Below, piece by piece: positions 13,101 to 26,700 of a DNA stretch of 64,000 nt. Both the position numbers and the translations under genes were made by a program. Source of the stretch: Amoebophrya sp. A120 (lineage: Eukaryota > Protista > Dinoflagellata); the NCBI GenBank assembly GCA_905178155.1, contig CAJINV010000003.1, positions 10,919,272 to 10,983,271 on the forward strand, read 5' to 3'. Each line of letters begins with the position of its first letter. Positions within the stretch are counted from its first letter, which is position 1. Under the pieces are notes generated by a model that was not told where the DNA came from, did not search any database, and worked only from the letters and a program-made list of their open reading frames with translations.

Positions 13101-15643
13101 GAGCCGGATGTCGCCGTACAGCCAGTACAAAGCGGATCCCGGGCCGGCAACGGATCCGAAGAAGTACCTGGACAGCGACCTTTACCACCGGGAGCTCATC
13201 ATCCGGGACGATAAATATCGCATCCTGTACTTTTACATACACGTTCTATTTGGTAGTTCGTAGTCGGCTGCTGCGTGATTTCGTGTCAGTTGTCCACTCC
13301 TTGCAGGGGCTCATAAATTTGTTCCTTCGTATTTTCTGATGTTGATAAGCTTCCTTTTTGTGTGGCTTTGCCTTTGGTGTTCTAGAATTATATATTCATG
13401 AGGTCAAGAACAACTGCAAGGCATTGCATTGTTCGTTTTTCTCGTGGTTTCAGGTACAACGAGGAAATGCTGCGCGCTCGGCGACTACTGATCGACAACG
13501 CGAAGCGGGATCCTCAGCGGTTGGGCTTGACCTCGAAGGTCGGTTACTGGGACGAACGTGTTTGCTCCTTCACGGGCAACGTTATTCCGTTACGGACGTA
13601 CGTCATGACCCGCGTGCCCATGCTGGATCAGCAGGCAAAAGACACCAGGACCAGGGACGGAGTGAGTGGAAGTTATCCGAACTTTCGGGTGCGACAAGTC
13701 CCCATGCCCGAAGAACCGTGCCTACCAAAGCCCGCTCCGCTCTGGAACGCCGGTACTTATTTATCTTTTGCTGTAAAACTTGCAGCAGGTCTAATACGAC
13801 AGTACTTGCTTTGCTGTGAGGCCAGTTTATCTTGCTTCGCATATGTTGTGTAAGTACTTCTTGAGTGATGAAGAACGGCTCCACATGAAGTTTGACTGGT
13901 CCACGCTAGGCGGTCGCCATCGCGTACGCGCTTCCCAAATACGCACTTGGACGTGTTTCTAATTTTATGCCATCGGATTTATTATACACTCAACGATGTT
14001 TTAGTCTAGAGGAGCTATAACACGACGCATGAGCTGCGTACGCATGATGCACCTGCAAGAGCCCTAGGCCGGCTAGGGATCTAGGTCAACTTCTAACTAG
14101 TTTGTTTCACTAGCAAAAGCGCTAGAATCTTCATCTTGAACAAGATCCCAGTTTATACTTTAACATCCAGCAACATGATGATTATGCTCTTATCGTCCAC
14201 AATCACAGCCTCGCCGCAGGGTCTCGCCTTGATGAACGCGACCAACGTCACGGGAAAAAATGCCTCCACCTCTTCGGCCTCTGCCATGTCATTTCTGGAT
14301 GAGAATTACAGGACAGCAGGAGCAGCAGCACAAGGACATCAGAGAAACATCGCGCCATCTGGCAGCATGCTGCAAGCGAAAGACGTGGCGGTGGACACCG
14401 CGGCTGAGATTTCCTTCTCCACACGGGCCAGCAACGACGAAGTTTACCGGGCACTGGCGAAAAGTAACGTACCAGCCTCGGGGACTCCTGTCTACGACGA
14501 CACTGTGCCGCCGCCAGGAACGGAATTCGACGACGACAAGGAGTTCAAGCTGGACTACGGTAAGTACATAGAAATTACGGGTGGATGAACATAACTTGTT
14601 TAGTCTTGCCTGAGCACTAATATTTTTCGTCCCTGCAACAAAAAGGTTTACTCGACTTGTGAGAAGGGCGGTCTACTCCGTTTCGAGCAGCGTCCGCTGC
14701 TAGTGCATGCTTGTATCTTCATCGACGTATTAAGATTTTCATTCGCTACATTTATGTATGCCCGCTAATTATGTACGGGAGAAGCGTATGGTGTCTTTTT
14801 GCCGCCCTAGATGACACAGCCTCTCCTAATACATAGCTATCGACGATATTTTCGCAATTTTGAACAGCCGGCCTCGCCTTCCACAACGTTTTGGTTGAGC
14901 AGGATTGTTGGATGTTGTGCGCATATCATGTAGAAAAAAGTGCTATGCTGCAGATTGACTATACCTTTAAGTGCAGGAGACGATGCGAAAAATTCGCAAC
15001 TGCTTTGCTTGCTCGGGGATGCTGGACTCGGAGCCGTATTTTCTTCCCTACTTGGGAAGTACGTATGGACTACATGAATCTTCATTATCGACGTCTAGTA
15101 GAGGAATAAAACTGAAACCTGTGAAAAATAACAAGATCAAAACCTTGTATGTAAAATCAAAAGTCGTAATACGGTGCAGCACTTTTTTCTTGCAATACTG
15201 CACAGCATTTCAATTGTCTGACCTGGAAGTATACCAAGTGTCTCTCCGCCGAATCCTGCGGCGTGACCGCCGGAAACTGCTTCTTGTATGACTCCAGCGA
15301 AGTGGTTTTTGTGCCGGAGCCGTTGGCTGATGTAGACGCAGATCGGGCAGTGTCGATCATTAACGATGATTTCACGTTCGGGTTCCGCTTCTGCCTCACG
15401 GACCCGCCGGTGAAGTCGTTTAACCTGATGCCCTGGATCACCTTCTCGATCATGATCGTCTTCTGCTGCATGTTGGGCACGCTCTTCCGCGTTTCTCGGG
15501 AAAAAAAAGACAAGCTCGTCGCGGCAGACGCGGGCACGGCCGGTGGTGCCGCAGGGAAGAACCGACAACAAGGCGAGAATCAAATGCGCGACCTGAACAC
15601 CCTGCGATGGTCACCAAAAAAGGGGTTTGTCCTGAAGCAATAG
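10153..15643 (+). CDS. Multi-exon hypothetical secreted or type I membrane protein (low-complexity N-terminus, Cys-containing C-terminal domain, one TM)
   Basis: N-terminal hydrophobic stretch HFFLCLLLQLANVSL. ORF pieces are joined by GT-AG introns (e.g. 13227-13453, 14560-14976) and one direct-repeat intron (15062-15231). C-terminal TM WITFSIMIVFCCMLGTLF followed by RVSREKK. Stop at 15643. Confidence 0.5.
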
Positions 15644-15858
15644 GACGGCGACTCGTGATGCTTCGACGTCGTTCTATCTGAAAACTAGGCTTCTACTTGA
15701 GTTAGATTGTAATAAAGAATGAAAGTAACGTAAGCGAGCTCCTGCTACTAAAGCTCGAGCTCCCCGGAGTCGATAGTAATCAATGTGCATCATGCTGTGG
15801 ATTTGGAGGTTTGATGTTGAAAGTCTGAGTATTATAAATTTCAATGATGAGTAAATGT

Positions 15859-16720
15859 TTAGCGCGAAAGTACCCCTAACGAAAAAATCTCCAACAAATT
15901 GCAAGAGTTTTCAAATTTTCTTGTCGTCGCTCTTTTGTTGCGCGTTGCGATGGTATGGACCGAGATGCCCAGCAGGCTGGGTCTGTGGCCGGCGTGGGGG
16001 AGTTTTGGCCGCGAGGCCTGTTGAGGCCGCAGGCCCGGTGGAGCATAAAGCTTGGGGCTGACAGCCCATCGCCTCATGGCACGTGAGCCGTTTTAGTGAT
16101 TATTTTGGCGATGAAAGCGCTCGCACCTTTTTTCCAAAATTCGGCCAAAAATAAATCGCAGGCGGGCCCGTTTTTCGGCGCCCAAATTTCCGGCGGACCG
16201 CAGACGGACTGCAGACGGACTGCAGACGGACTGCAGCCGGACCACACTTGTGCACGCAACAAAACAAATTGCCAAAATTCCCAAAGTGAGGCGATTCCTT
16301 AGGGTTTTTGCAGGCTCGAGCCAATTCGGATGATTTTGTTTGCACAAAAAGGATTTGTTTTTGTAACAAGCGGAATTTGGGAAAAATTTGTTTTTGCACA
16401 AAAAAAATTTGGGAAGGCGATACGAATGGGGGGTAAGATTGGGGGTTGGAAACTTTTTTTTCCCGGGAAGCAGGACGCCACGCTGCGTGAACGCAATCCA
16501 TGTCGCGGCTGCAGAATTAGTGTTGTGGGCCCGGATGGTTGGGCAACCTCCCGCCCGCGCCAGGCCCACATTGCGAACGCTTCAACTTGGCAGGCCTCGG
16601 CATTTCAATTTTCCCGATCATGGCCGCAGGAAGGGCCGCGAACTTTTTGGGGATTTTCGCGACGACAAAAAAAAAACAAATTTGTTGGAATCAGATTCCT
16701 TAGGGCAACTTTCTACCCAA
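15859..16720. mobile_element. Non-autonomous TIR element (MITE-like) with candidate 6-bp TSD
   Basis: GAAAGTACCCCTAACGAA..TCCAACAAATT..TTGTCGTCGC (15866-15930) is an imperfect inverted match to GCGACGACAA..AATTTGTTGGA..TTCCTTAGGGCAACTTTC (16659-16713). AAATGT flanks both sides (15853-15858, 16721-16726). Confidence 0.6.
16200..16242. repeat. 11-bp tandem repeat GCAGACGGACT, about 4 copies
   Basis: Read directly from the sequence, inside the TIR element. Confidence 0.9.
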
Positions 16721-17790
16721 AAATGTAAACAAGTGACGTGTAGTTTGTATCTATCGTCCCTAACTTGTAGTTGCTTTGCGTTTGCCCTTGCTTCATTTTT
16801 TGTACGATTACGGATTCAAATCTGCGTTCTTCCCGGGTCTCTCGCGAAGAGCGCAATGCGCTATATGAATTCGATGCGAAGAACTCTGAATCTTTTTTCT
16901 CCGACTTGAATCCAATCCTACGGCGGGATATATCAGGAAGACCCAAGCGAAAGTTAGCAATTGTAGGATTTTTGGGGTTTTTAGCTCCTGCATGGTCCTC
17001 CTGACGTAGGAAAACAAGAAGAGACTTGATTGTATCAAAGCCTTGCAAAATGTACAAGAAAACATTCACGGACCCCCAGAGTACTTCGTCTTGGCCTTCT
17101 AATTATCTCATTTTCGCGGTTTCATCCACCGTCTTTGCAGATGAAGGATAGAAGCCACTTTTTTTTGCGTATGCGCGTTGTGGTTTTTGAGTGAGTTCAT
17201 CCAGGAGGTGTCCCTGTGTGCTATGGCGTCCTCTGTCTTTTTGAGCGAACAGTGAGAAGGTGTCGACGAATTGGCTTTCTTTGTTTATTGTGGTCGGTGC
17301 TGTTTGCAGCGATTGCGAGGTGGCGGGTTGTGATGATGATGGTGATGATGCGCTGACTTACCACCGGTACTACAGACCTGTACGAAAGGCAGCGCCTTCT
17401 GTTTTATTGCTTCCCTCTGTTCAACATTTCCACCATCAAAGACCAAAATCTAGAAGACGTTTACTCAGTCACTCTATTGCAATCGCTTTCGAAGGTCGCT
17501 GTGCATTAACGACCAGAAAAAATGCAGATGCATTCAGTCGGCGTCGGTCGAGTCTGATCGCTTCAATCCTCGCAGTGACCGGAAGAACGAAGGAGGGGGG
17601 GCTTGGACTTGCGGGGAGCAGCTGCGAGGAGTGGGCAGTGACTGCACGGCTGCTTACCCGCCAGGACGCTGCACACTTCTGAGGTTTGTCGCTTGTACGC
17701 GGTCCCGGGAAGAAGTGTTTGATACTCCGGCTTGCCGTGTTTCATTACGTTGTAATAGTTCCAAACCCGCCGACCAAGACGAACAACAAG

Positions 17791-20700
17791 ATGTCGCAGC
17801 GGCAGATTCATCCGGCCACGGGCAGCCAGAGCATGGCACCGCGGAAAAGCATGGTGGCCACGCCGTTGACAAACTTCGGCAGTATTGGAGGACGTCGAAA
17901 CTCGAAGGACAATCTGGGCGTGATCCCGAGCTTCATCACAGACCAGGACCAAAGTTGGCAGCGCGCGTCCTCAGCTTCGGCGAAGGGCGGCGACCTTTTC
18001 CGTATCGTGTGTAGTCCCTGTTGTTCACGGTCAGAAAAAGTCACAGCATACCTGAAAAATGTAAAACCCAGTCGTGGGAGGTGACTTATAATGATACGCG
18101 GTTCGTCTACTTCGTCCTGCTGTAGTTCTATGTCTCAGCGTAGTTGTGGGCATCGGCCCTACTTGCTCCTAGGGAGAAAGCCGAGCTCTCGTCAGGACGA
18201 GATGGAGCCATCTTATTGCGATACCCTTAATTTTCAATTTCGATTACAGCTCCCGGGGCGTGTGCAAGTACAACTACACGTAGCTCATTTTTCAGTCTCG
18301 GGTATACTAGCTGCACATTCATGTTCACAAAACAGCGATGAGTTTACTTTTTACAACAAATATCAGCGGCGGGTGAGGGCTCCCCCGCACGAGACAGCAG
18401 CTTGAAGCGAAACAGTCGAGAAAGCCAACAAGAGCAGGCAGCTGTGTCACCGGCCCGCTCACACCGGCGGTCAAGCACAATCGAGAGCAGTACCGGGGAG
18501 CAATTAATCGTCGCCCCCGAAGTACCAAATGCAAGGGTGTCTGGGGCTGGAACAAGAGAGAAATTTTGGCCCGTGCGTGTCATGCATCTTTTGGCTTACA
18601 CACACAGACCGACGAGAGAGGTATTGTTGATCGACGCTCGTCGTCTGCAGATAAAGCATACAGGTTCTTCTTCTGTGCAAACCTCTTGATGCATGATGCT
18701 TGTCTCGCATGAGAATTTTTCGATCGCTGAGTGCGCGTCAACAAATCAATGGGGAGCTTTTGGCGCTCAACTATGCAACACGAATTTTGAATTATAAAAG
18801 GAGACTCATCAGACAGAAGGTTCAGCAACTCAACAAATACAAGTTTGCATCTGTGTCCGAGATCCATCTGCGCCAGACATATTTGCAATGCATGTGAAGA
18901 GGAGACGTACGAGATGCGGGGTCTGCTGATCAACGTGTGCATCTCCGTTCTCCTCGGCGTTCTTATCGGGGTGTGCGGTGCGATGTTTCACAACGCTGTG
19001 CACCTGATGAAGGTGTTTTTTCGTGTCGTGCTAGGGTCGGCGATGGTGGACGCGTTCGACTACGGACCCTACATTTTCATCCACATGTGGTAAGATACCA
19101 ATCTTGCTACTATTTCTCATTTTCATCATGCGTCGACACATAAAAATCGTCGCTCGCCGTCAGTTGTGTTTTTGTCTCTTTTCATCATAAATAAATTCGC
19201 GTCCTGTGGTGCTGTGCTGCTGTCACCCATTGATTTGGTGTCGTATGTCAGAATATGCAGCACTCCCTACGTCGTTTTTCTACCTTGGGAGGCACCAGCA
19301 CCAGCAGGACAAACCATACGCAAGACATTAAATGAAGAAAATGTTGCAGTCAAGTCGGATGATGTTATCACGCAGGTTGGGAGCTACAGCTTGCTCGATG
19401 GTTGTGTCCTTTATCACAAGGCACATGTGCCCCGAATGCATCGGAGGCGGGATGGTCGCCACCAAAATCTGCATCTGTTTGTCTTGTATGCAGTGCAAAT
19501 GCAAAAGTGTAATTTGCTCGTGCAAAAAATTGCATAAATTTGGGCTATTTAGATGAAATTCATGTGGGGCTTCGACTTGTATCGCTGATGCGGGACCAGG
19601 ATGTTAATATGAAAGATGCATGGAGGGTGCACGAATTGGCACGAGCGCGTTACGTTTGCAATGTATATCTTCTCCGATCCAGCTGCAGATTATTGCTTAC
19701 CGCTTTGTTGTACAAAATTTTGCTTTTCGTTTTTTAGATGTGCGTCATGATTTGTCGTGTAATTGCTTATAGTTATGATGTAGATCATGTGCCGGCGCCC
19801 GCACGGCCACTAGGTTAAAATTTTGTTTCGTTCTGTTGTTGAGTTCTCTAATAAAGTCTGTAAACAGCAGGACCTGTAGTGCTACAATTTGTTTCGCGAA
19901 CCAAAGCGAAATCTTATTGCGCAACATCAACAGCTCTCCGCAATTTACATCGGGGGAGGAAGTCCTCTGGGTATCGAAGCGCCAACGTTTCACCTGTCTG
20001 CCGCGCTTGCAAGCAACGCCAACAAATTTATTGAGCGGCTCGACAACACGATTCTGAATGCCGACACCATGCCGCAAATCGTTCTTATCGGCTGCGTTGC
20101 GGGACTAAGTCAAGCCTTCAATACGCCCATCGGGAGCCTCCTGTTTGTCCTCGAAGAGTTCGACTTCGTCCGCCGCTCCCATATTACGTTTGTTATGATC
20201 GTCGCCTGTTCGGTCCCGGCAACGGCGGTGAGCTTGTACTTGAAAAAAGCCTTCGACCTCCACTCCAGCTTTCTGGCACTGCCGCCCCCGGAGAACCTCG
20301 CGAGTGACGGTATAAAAATTACTCAAGCTAGTCATTGACATTGTCTTTTTGTGAATGCGATTGTAAAGAAAAGAAAGAACGTGATAATTAAGTATATATA
20401 TCCAGACACAGTAGATCCGATCCCGATGGCGAACGTGTTGCGGCGCGCTGCCGCGCCGAAAAAAATAGCTGCAGCGCCAGTGGTCCACTACGTCGAAGGA
20501 CACCAGTAAAAGCAAATCAAGCTCGAGCAAGTGCACGAGGACGATCATTTTCTTTCATAAAGTTACCAACACATTGAAATTTAGTACGAAAAATGCACTA
20601 ATAAACGCGACGACAAATTGTAGATGTCTCCCTCCTTCTCCTGTACCTCTACGCGGGTTTGATTGGGGCGATCACCAGCATGTTTTCGGAGCTGTTTTCG

Positions 20701-23700
20701 ACCCTGGTCTTGCGGTTCCGCAGCCGGTTCGCGACCTTTGTGTCCAGTTTTGAGGTTGAGGGCGAGGACGAGAGCGACCACCGAGTCGGGGAGGAGGAGA
20801 TGAGTTCCTTCCCGATATGCATTGCAACCATGTCTGGGTCTGGACGAAAACTACAACTTCTTGTGCCGCAACCTGTACTGAAACTAGTTGTGTTGCGCGG
20901 GTACTAGCAGAAGATTCCCGTAATTTTCATTTCGACCATGCTGAAGTGGTACAGTATTTTTCATGCGATGAAATAGGCAGTGGCAATGCAGTTGCAAAGT
21001 CATCAACATAATATACAAAACCTGTGATGTTGTGCCCTACAACATTCCGGATACCTTGGAGCACGAACATGATCCGAAATCAGCAACAGCATGACAAACT
21101 GCTGCACTCATCAAGACGAGCCAGGCATGTTTGCAATTCATACCCGACAACCACGAACAACAGCGACCCGAAAAGCACCAAGGCGAATCAAGACCGGAGG
21201 TTGTCGCTGGACAGTGACGACATGTTGGGAAAGAGCGACTCGGGCTGCTCGGGCTTTCCGCCTTCGTCCTCCGATCCGCCGGGGTCCGAACCCCGCACCG
21301 TGAACCGGTTTTCCGGCGTGTCGAACATGACGCCTCCGCCTAATGCTTTTGGCGGGAACAACAGCGTCTCGGCCGCGAGCAGTCCCGGCGCCGGCGGGCA
21401 AACCGCTGGTGCCGCACCTGCAGGACCCACTTCCGCAGTGGTCGTTCCTGGGATGGTCAACAATGCTGGCGTATTGACATCTGGTCCTGTTCCTGGCGGA
21501 GGAGGTGGCCAGGGAGCGGGCGCCACACCCAGTGGCAGTTCCAACAAGCAAGACGTCAGCACCAGCAGTTCCCACGTCGAGCCGGACAAGGACAACTCAA
21601 GTTCCTCCAACGCCGACGGAGTTGGAAATGGTGCTGGTGGAAGTTGTATTAATCACGTGTTTGCGATGAACAACCAAGTTGTAGTTGTTCCTACTTCCAC
21701 AGGACCACAGCCAGCGCACCAAATGAACAACGCGAGCGCGGCTGGTGCTGGAGGCCCGATAATAATACCAACGGTCCACCGAAACCCGAGCGGAAATGCC
21801 TCCAGCATAGACCCGGACGCCTTTAACCAGGGGTCGGGGGGCGCAGCGTCTCTGAGTTCTCTGTCCGCTTCGACGAGCGCGGGCAAGACAACCAGCAAGT
21901 CGAAGCCCGGACAAGCAGCAGGGTCACAGATCAGTACGGTGTCGCCCACGGCGGCTGCGCAAGGTGGGCGTATGACCATGACAAACTTCAACCAGAACAA
22001 CCCAAACGCGCCCTACGGTGGCGGCGCCGCGGCGCAGATCTCGGGGCAGGCACTCGTGACCAGTATTACCGGCCTCAAGAGGCGCTTTTTCTCTTTCGAG
22101 AAGATTAAACTGAAGCGCACCGAGCGGGGCTACTTTCTCCTGAACGTACTCGCGGGCAGCGTGGTGGGCGTGTGCGGAATTATCGTGTACAATGTTTCCC
22201 GTTCGCAAGCAAACATCGCCTGCAACCAGTGGAAAAAGGAGTGCCCCGACTCGTGGGGCACAGGCGAGCAGTTGCTGGAGTATCTCCACCGCAAGGCCCA
22301 CCAGGCTGCCAATCGCAACGATGGCGGTGTAGTGAGAAGGATGAGCAGGCGGGGCACGAACGCACAAACGGTTCTTGAGGAGCAGGGAGTTGTAGTAGAA
22401 GAAGAAAGGGCGGCGCAGCTGCGGCAGCTGCGCGCCGGAACTCCATCCTCTAGGATTTTTCCGGAGCAGACGCGCAGGAGGAGCAGAAATCGACCTCCGA
22501 TACGCAGCTATAGCGCAACATCTACATCGTCTACCTCTGCACAACACGGAGAAAATCGTGATCGTCCAAGTCGTGGACTGCAAGCTACTGGAAGAGCAGA
22601 GCTCCCTTCGTATTTTTCCCCTTCGGAAGCCGAAATACAAAGAGAGCCGCTGGGAGCTGCTCCTGCGTCTGCGCGGCCACTAAGTGGAAGTAGACCATCG
22701 GCACAAGAAGAAAGCAACTTTTTTCCGAGGGCGGAAGATTTCCAAGGTACTGGCAGGGCGCATAGTTTGCACGAGGGTACTAGCTGGGCGAGCATTGGTC
22801 GAAAACTTATGCAGACCTCCGGCGAGACCAGAGAAACGGCGCCGCGCGCAAGCATCGTCGAGAATGATCAACTTCAACCACGAAAACAAAAAACGACATC
22901 GCCAAAGAACCTGCTGCACCGGTCATCTCGATTATTGTCTAAAGGACCAGCTGATGCTTCTTTTTCGTCAGCAGATGTTGGCAAGAAGGTCGACATAGGT
23001 ATTGAGGAAGATGATGAAGTAGGTACTGAGCAGCACCACATCTTTGCCAGTGATTCCTTTCGGACGTCCTCGTCTTCTATCTATCCCAGTGCGCCGCCGC
23101 GTTTCCGTGAGCGGAGCCAGAACCCGCCTCATTTACTTCGCGATGGGGATGTAGAACAAGAAAAAAGGTTGATGATGTACAGCAGATATCATCATGATTC
23201 TAGGCGAGGGCTTTTGACGAGCCCGGAGGACGAGGAACAAGAGGCGCTCTTCTCATCATCAACACCGGAGTACTTTTATGAGCAGCACGACCACCTGGAG
23301 CCCCTTCAACAACTCCGAGCATCACCACAAAGGCAGCTCGGTAGTAGCACATTTGTTGACTACGGTGACATTCCCATTAGCAGCATGGCGCTGACGTATT
23401 TCGTGGTGGGGTTTCTGAAAATGATCGCGGTCGCGGTTTGCACAGCGGCTGGTGGCAGCGGTATCCTGCGGAAAAAGTGTTCCACCGCCACGGTTATTGC
23501 ATTGTGTTTGTGATGATGTTGTTGTTGGCCGGTTTTTTGCATACCAAACCTGTCATGCGCGCTTCCCAAGAAGTACGGGATATTAAACGGCTGAAAAAGC
23601 TGGCCTCTCTTGCATTTCGATTTCTGGCAACCGAAAAAGTTGTGAGTGTCGTGATCTTGCATGTTCAGTATAAGGACGTGGCAATGGAGCAGTTTTTCTC

Positions 23701-26700
23701 TTCGATAAGCGGAGGTATGTTCGCTCCCGCGATGATTATGGGGGGCTACCTATGCGGGCTAAAAGCGTACACTTCCTCCCGTAGCCAAAATGGGGGCGTG
23801 GCCCACAATTTGAGACGTTTTGGGTTTGGGATTCACGCAGGCATGACAGTTTCGGGGCCATGCTGTACTCGTGGTTAGCTACAGGGCGGCAGCGTCCGCC
23901 TCAGTTGCAGTCGACTTTATCAACACTCCGCGACGGAGCGTAACAAGGACAAAATTGGAAGCCGCGGCTGATAAAAATTAGAAACTTGATTATTCAAATA
24001 CTACTCGTCGTCCTCATAATTTTGCGCGTGAGAAACCCAAACCAAGAATAGCCTTTGCATGCAGATTTGCAGCTTCCTGAGACGAAGTATGTACTTAAAC
24101 TTATGTTGAACTTGAAGCGGGGAGGAAGCTTTCGTTTTTATAGAGCATACTAATTCGGCGGGGGCCTCGGTAGTCTTTTGAAGTGGATAAGCGACGAGAC
24201 AGACCCAGTAAATGGGACCTACCTTCAGCTCTGCGTTTTATTTGGCATGGTGGGATTCTTTTCTGCCTCGCACCGACTACCGCTGACTGGTACGAACGTA
24301 CCCTCTCTCGTGTTTCTTGTCCGTTTCTGTTTCAAATGCGATCACGTTGTAGGATTCGGGAAAAAAGAATTTTACTTAAAAATCCAATTTGATGATCCTC
24401 CGACCAAGGAAGACGACGAGGATCAGCTTGATGCTTTCTTCGTCGTGTTTCCATCTCATTTTGAAAAATCACAGGCTCACTGTGCATTTACGAGCTAATT
24501 GTGGCCTCGACCGACGAGGACAAAACCATTGCTGGAAGCTTCATCGTGTCGCGGCTGTTCTTTCCCATGTTGGTGTGCTCCATTGTCAGCTTCTGCCTCA
24601 GCATTTACATGCATCCACAGGCCTTGTTGGAGCGGACGATGGAGCAAGATGGCCTGCATGACCTGTGCTTTGGACCTGCCGCAGATTCAGATGACGACAG
24701 TTCTGTATGCATTACAGCCGTGTAGTCTGGGTCCCGAAGTTTGTGTTGATGGATGCTACTTTGATGTGAAGGATGAGCGCGTGGCTTCTGCATTGCGCAG
24801 CCAAGCATCCTCAGCAGGAGTTTTCGAGAGTCTAGGCCTTGTGGAAACTGCTGTGTTTTTTCATGACAGATAGAGAGTTGTGTCTCCCGGACATCAACAT
24901 CATGCGTGACAGATCTTCTCAGCGTCGTACCGGATAATCATGAATGATCTTGCTGGGCGCTTCCATTATCCAGAGACGCAGACCCAGTCCCAGACAAATT
25001 TGCCATGCATATTCCGAAGAGGATGACGATGACGACGATGAGACCGACTCTGATTCAGAGTCCACTTCCGAAGAAAAGACGCTGGACAAAGACAAAGATG
25101 GTTTCAAGTTTGATTTTTTTAGTACCTCTCCAAGAAAAAAATGACTTTGAAGCGATGCAAGCCTTTATTTCATTTTGCACCCTGGTTTTGATGCCATCCT
25201 ATTGGCTATCGCTACGGTTATGCTTTCGCGAGGACGAACACGTTGTAATAAATCAAAAAGGTGGGAGCGCGGAGTCCAACGGGAAGAATGGCAGCGTAGC
25301 AGGAGACCAGGCAAGCATCATGAGTCTGGTGAGCAAGACTCTTCTCCCTCCCGAGCTGATGGTGGCGGGGAAATCACGGCGGCAATCCGTGGACCTTGGT
25401 CAGGTGTTTCGAAAGCCACTCTATGAGACCGGTTCTTTCGTTACCTCTAGTGCGACCCACAACATGCAGAAAGACGGGAAGCGCCACAGCCTGAAAAAGC
25501 CAAAAAAATCCAACCACTCCTCGAGCTCTCCGAACGCAGAGCAGAGTGCACCATCGGCCGAGGATGGAAGCTCGCAGCTATTCTTTGAAAATCATATAAC
25601 CATCCCATGATCTTCGTCTTCCACTTTCTGCGTGACAAAAGCCGACTCTGCTCCATGAGTTTCAGGTTCGCATGGGAAATAATTTGATGGGGATGTTGGC
25701 ATGTTGATGTTGTTTAGCGTCACAAATTGGATGAGGATGGTAAATTTTCTGAGAATACTCGCAAACGGGAACCAACAGCAGGAACAGTCGGAACATGGAG
25801 GATCCTGTGACGGGAATGGATCCCGGATCCATGATTTCGCAACATGCACTAGCGCAGGCACAGGCAGAAAAAGGTACTTAGTTCTAAAGGCACTACGTCC
25901 TCACGAACAACGAGGTTTAGAGTTGTTGACTCGACTTTTGTTCTTTCTGAGCTGTGGTCGACAGGTCGTCCTCATGCGATTAATACCTTGTAGCTCTCTG
26001 TCGTAGTCATGGACGAGGACGACACCTAGCTTACGTCGCACAGCGATTTGCTTCTTCATCTTCCTGTTCTGGCACTCCTTTACTGACATGACAGACCGGC
26101 TGAAGATCCGGCGGGCGAGCCATCCACCAACGGCGTCTGCAGTCAACACTAACGCGCGGATTGTGGAGTTCTATCAGCGGAATTCGCAAGATTTGCGGAA
26201 GGAGTTCGAAGCCCTCCGGCAAGCTACTGCAACGCCGTCTAGCTCGACGAGCAAGCGCAGTTTCGTGCCCTTGCAGATTTTACAACAGCGAAGGCCCTCG
26301 GCGCCGGACGCATCTAGTATTTCCGCGCGGCGCGCCGATAGCAAGGAGGCTCCGGACCGCATTCAGAACGTGATACGCAGTGGCGGGGGCACCGGCGATG
26401 CGGGTGGTGATAGCCCCCCCCTGGTCCACCGCGAACTGAGCATAGGCGCCGGCAGTGAGGACGTGTTTCGGGCCCGGCTGGCGTCTGCGGCTGGAAGCAA
26501 CTTGTCGTCGGATTACAACACCAGCACCGAAGGGAACCTGAGCGGCGTAACCGGCACCTCGAGCATGCTGATCAGTAGAGGGGGCATTCTCCCCGCCGGC
26601 TCCCCGAGCGTGTGTGCTGTCACGACCTCAGCATCCTCGCAAAGTGCGGGCTATGCCTTGCAAAATTATCGCGCTAGAGCTACTATGAATTGCATAGACA

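Noticed and set aside
23779-23787. CCGTAGCCA matching the start of the spliced leader
   Set aside because: Only 9 nt, intronic, and compatible with chance.
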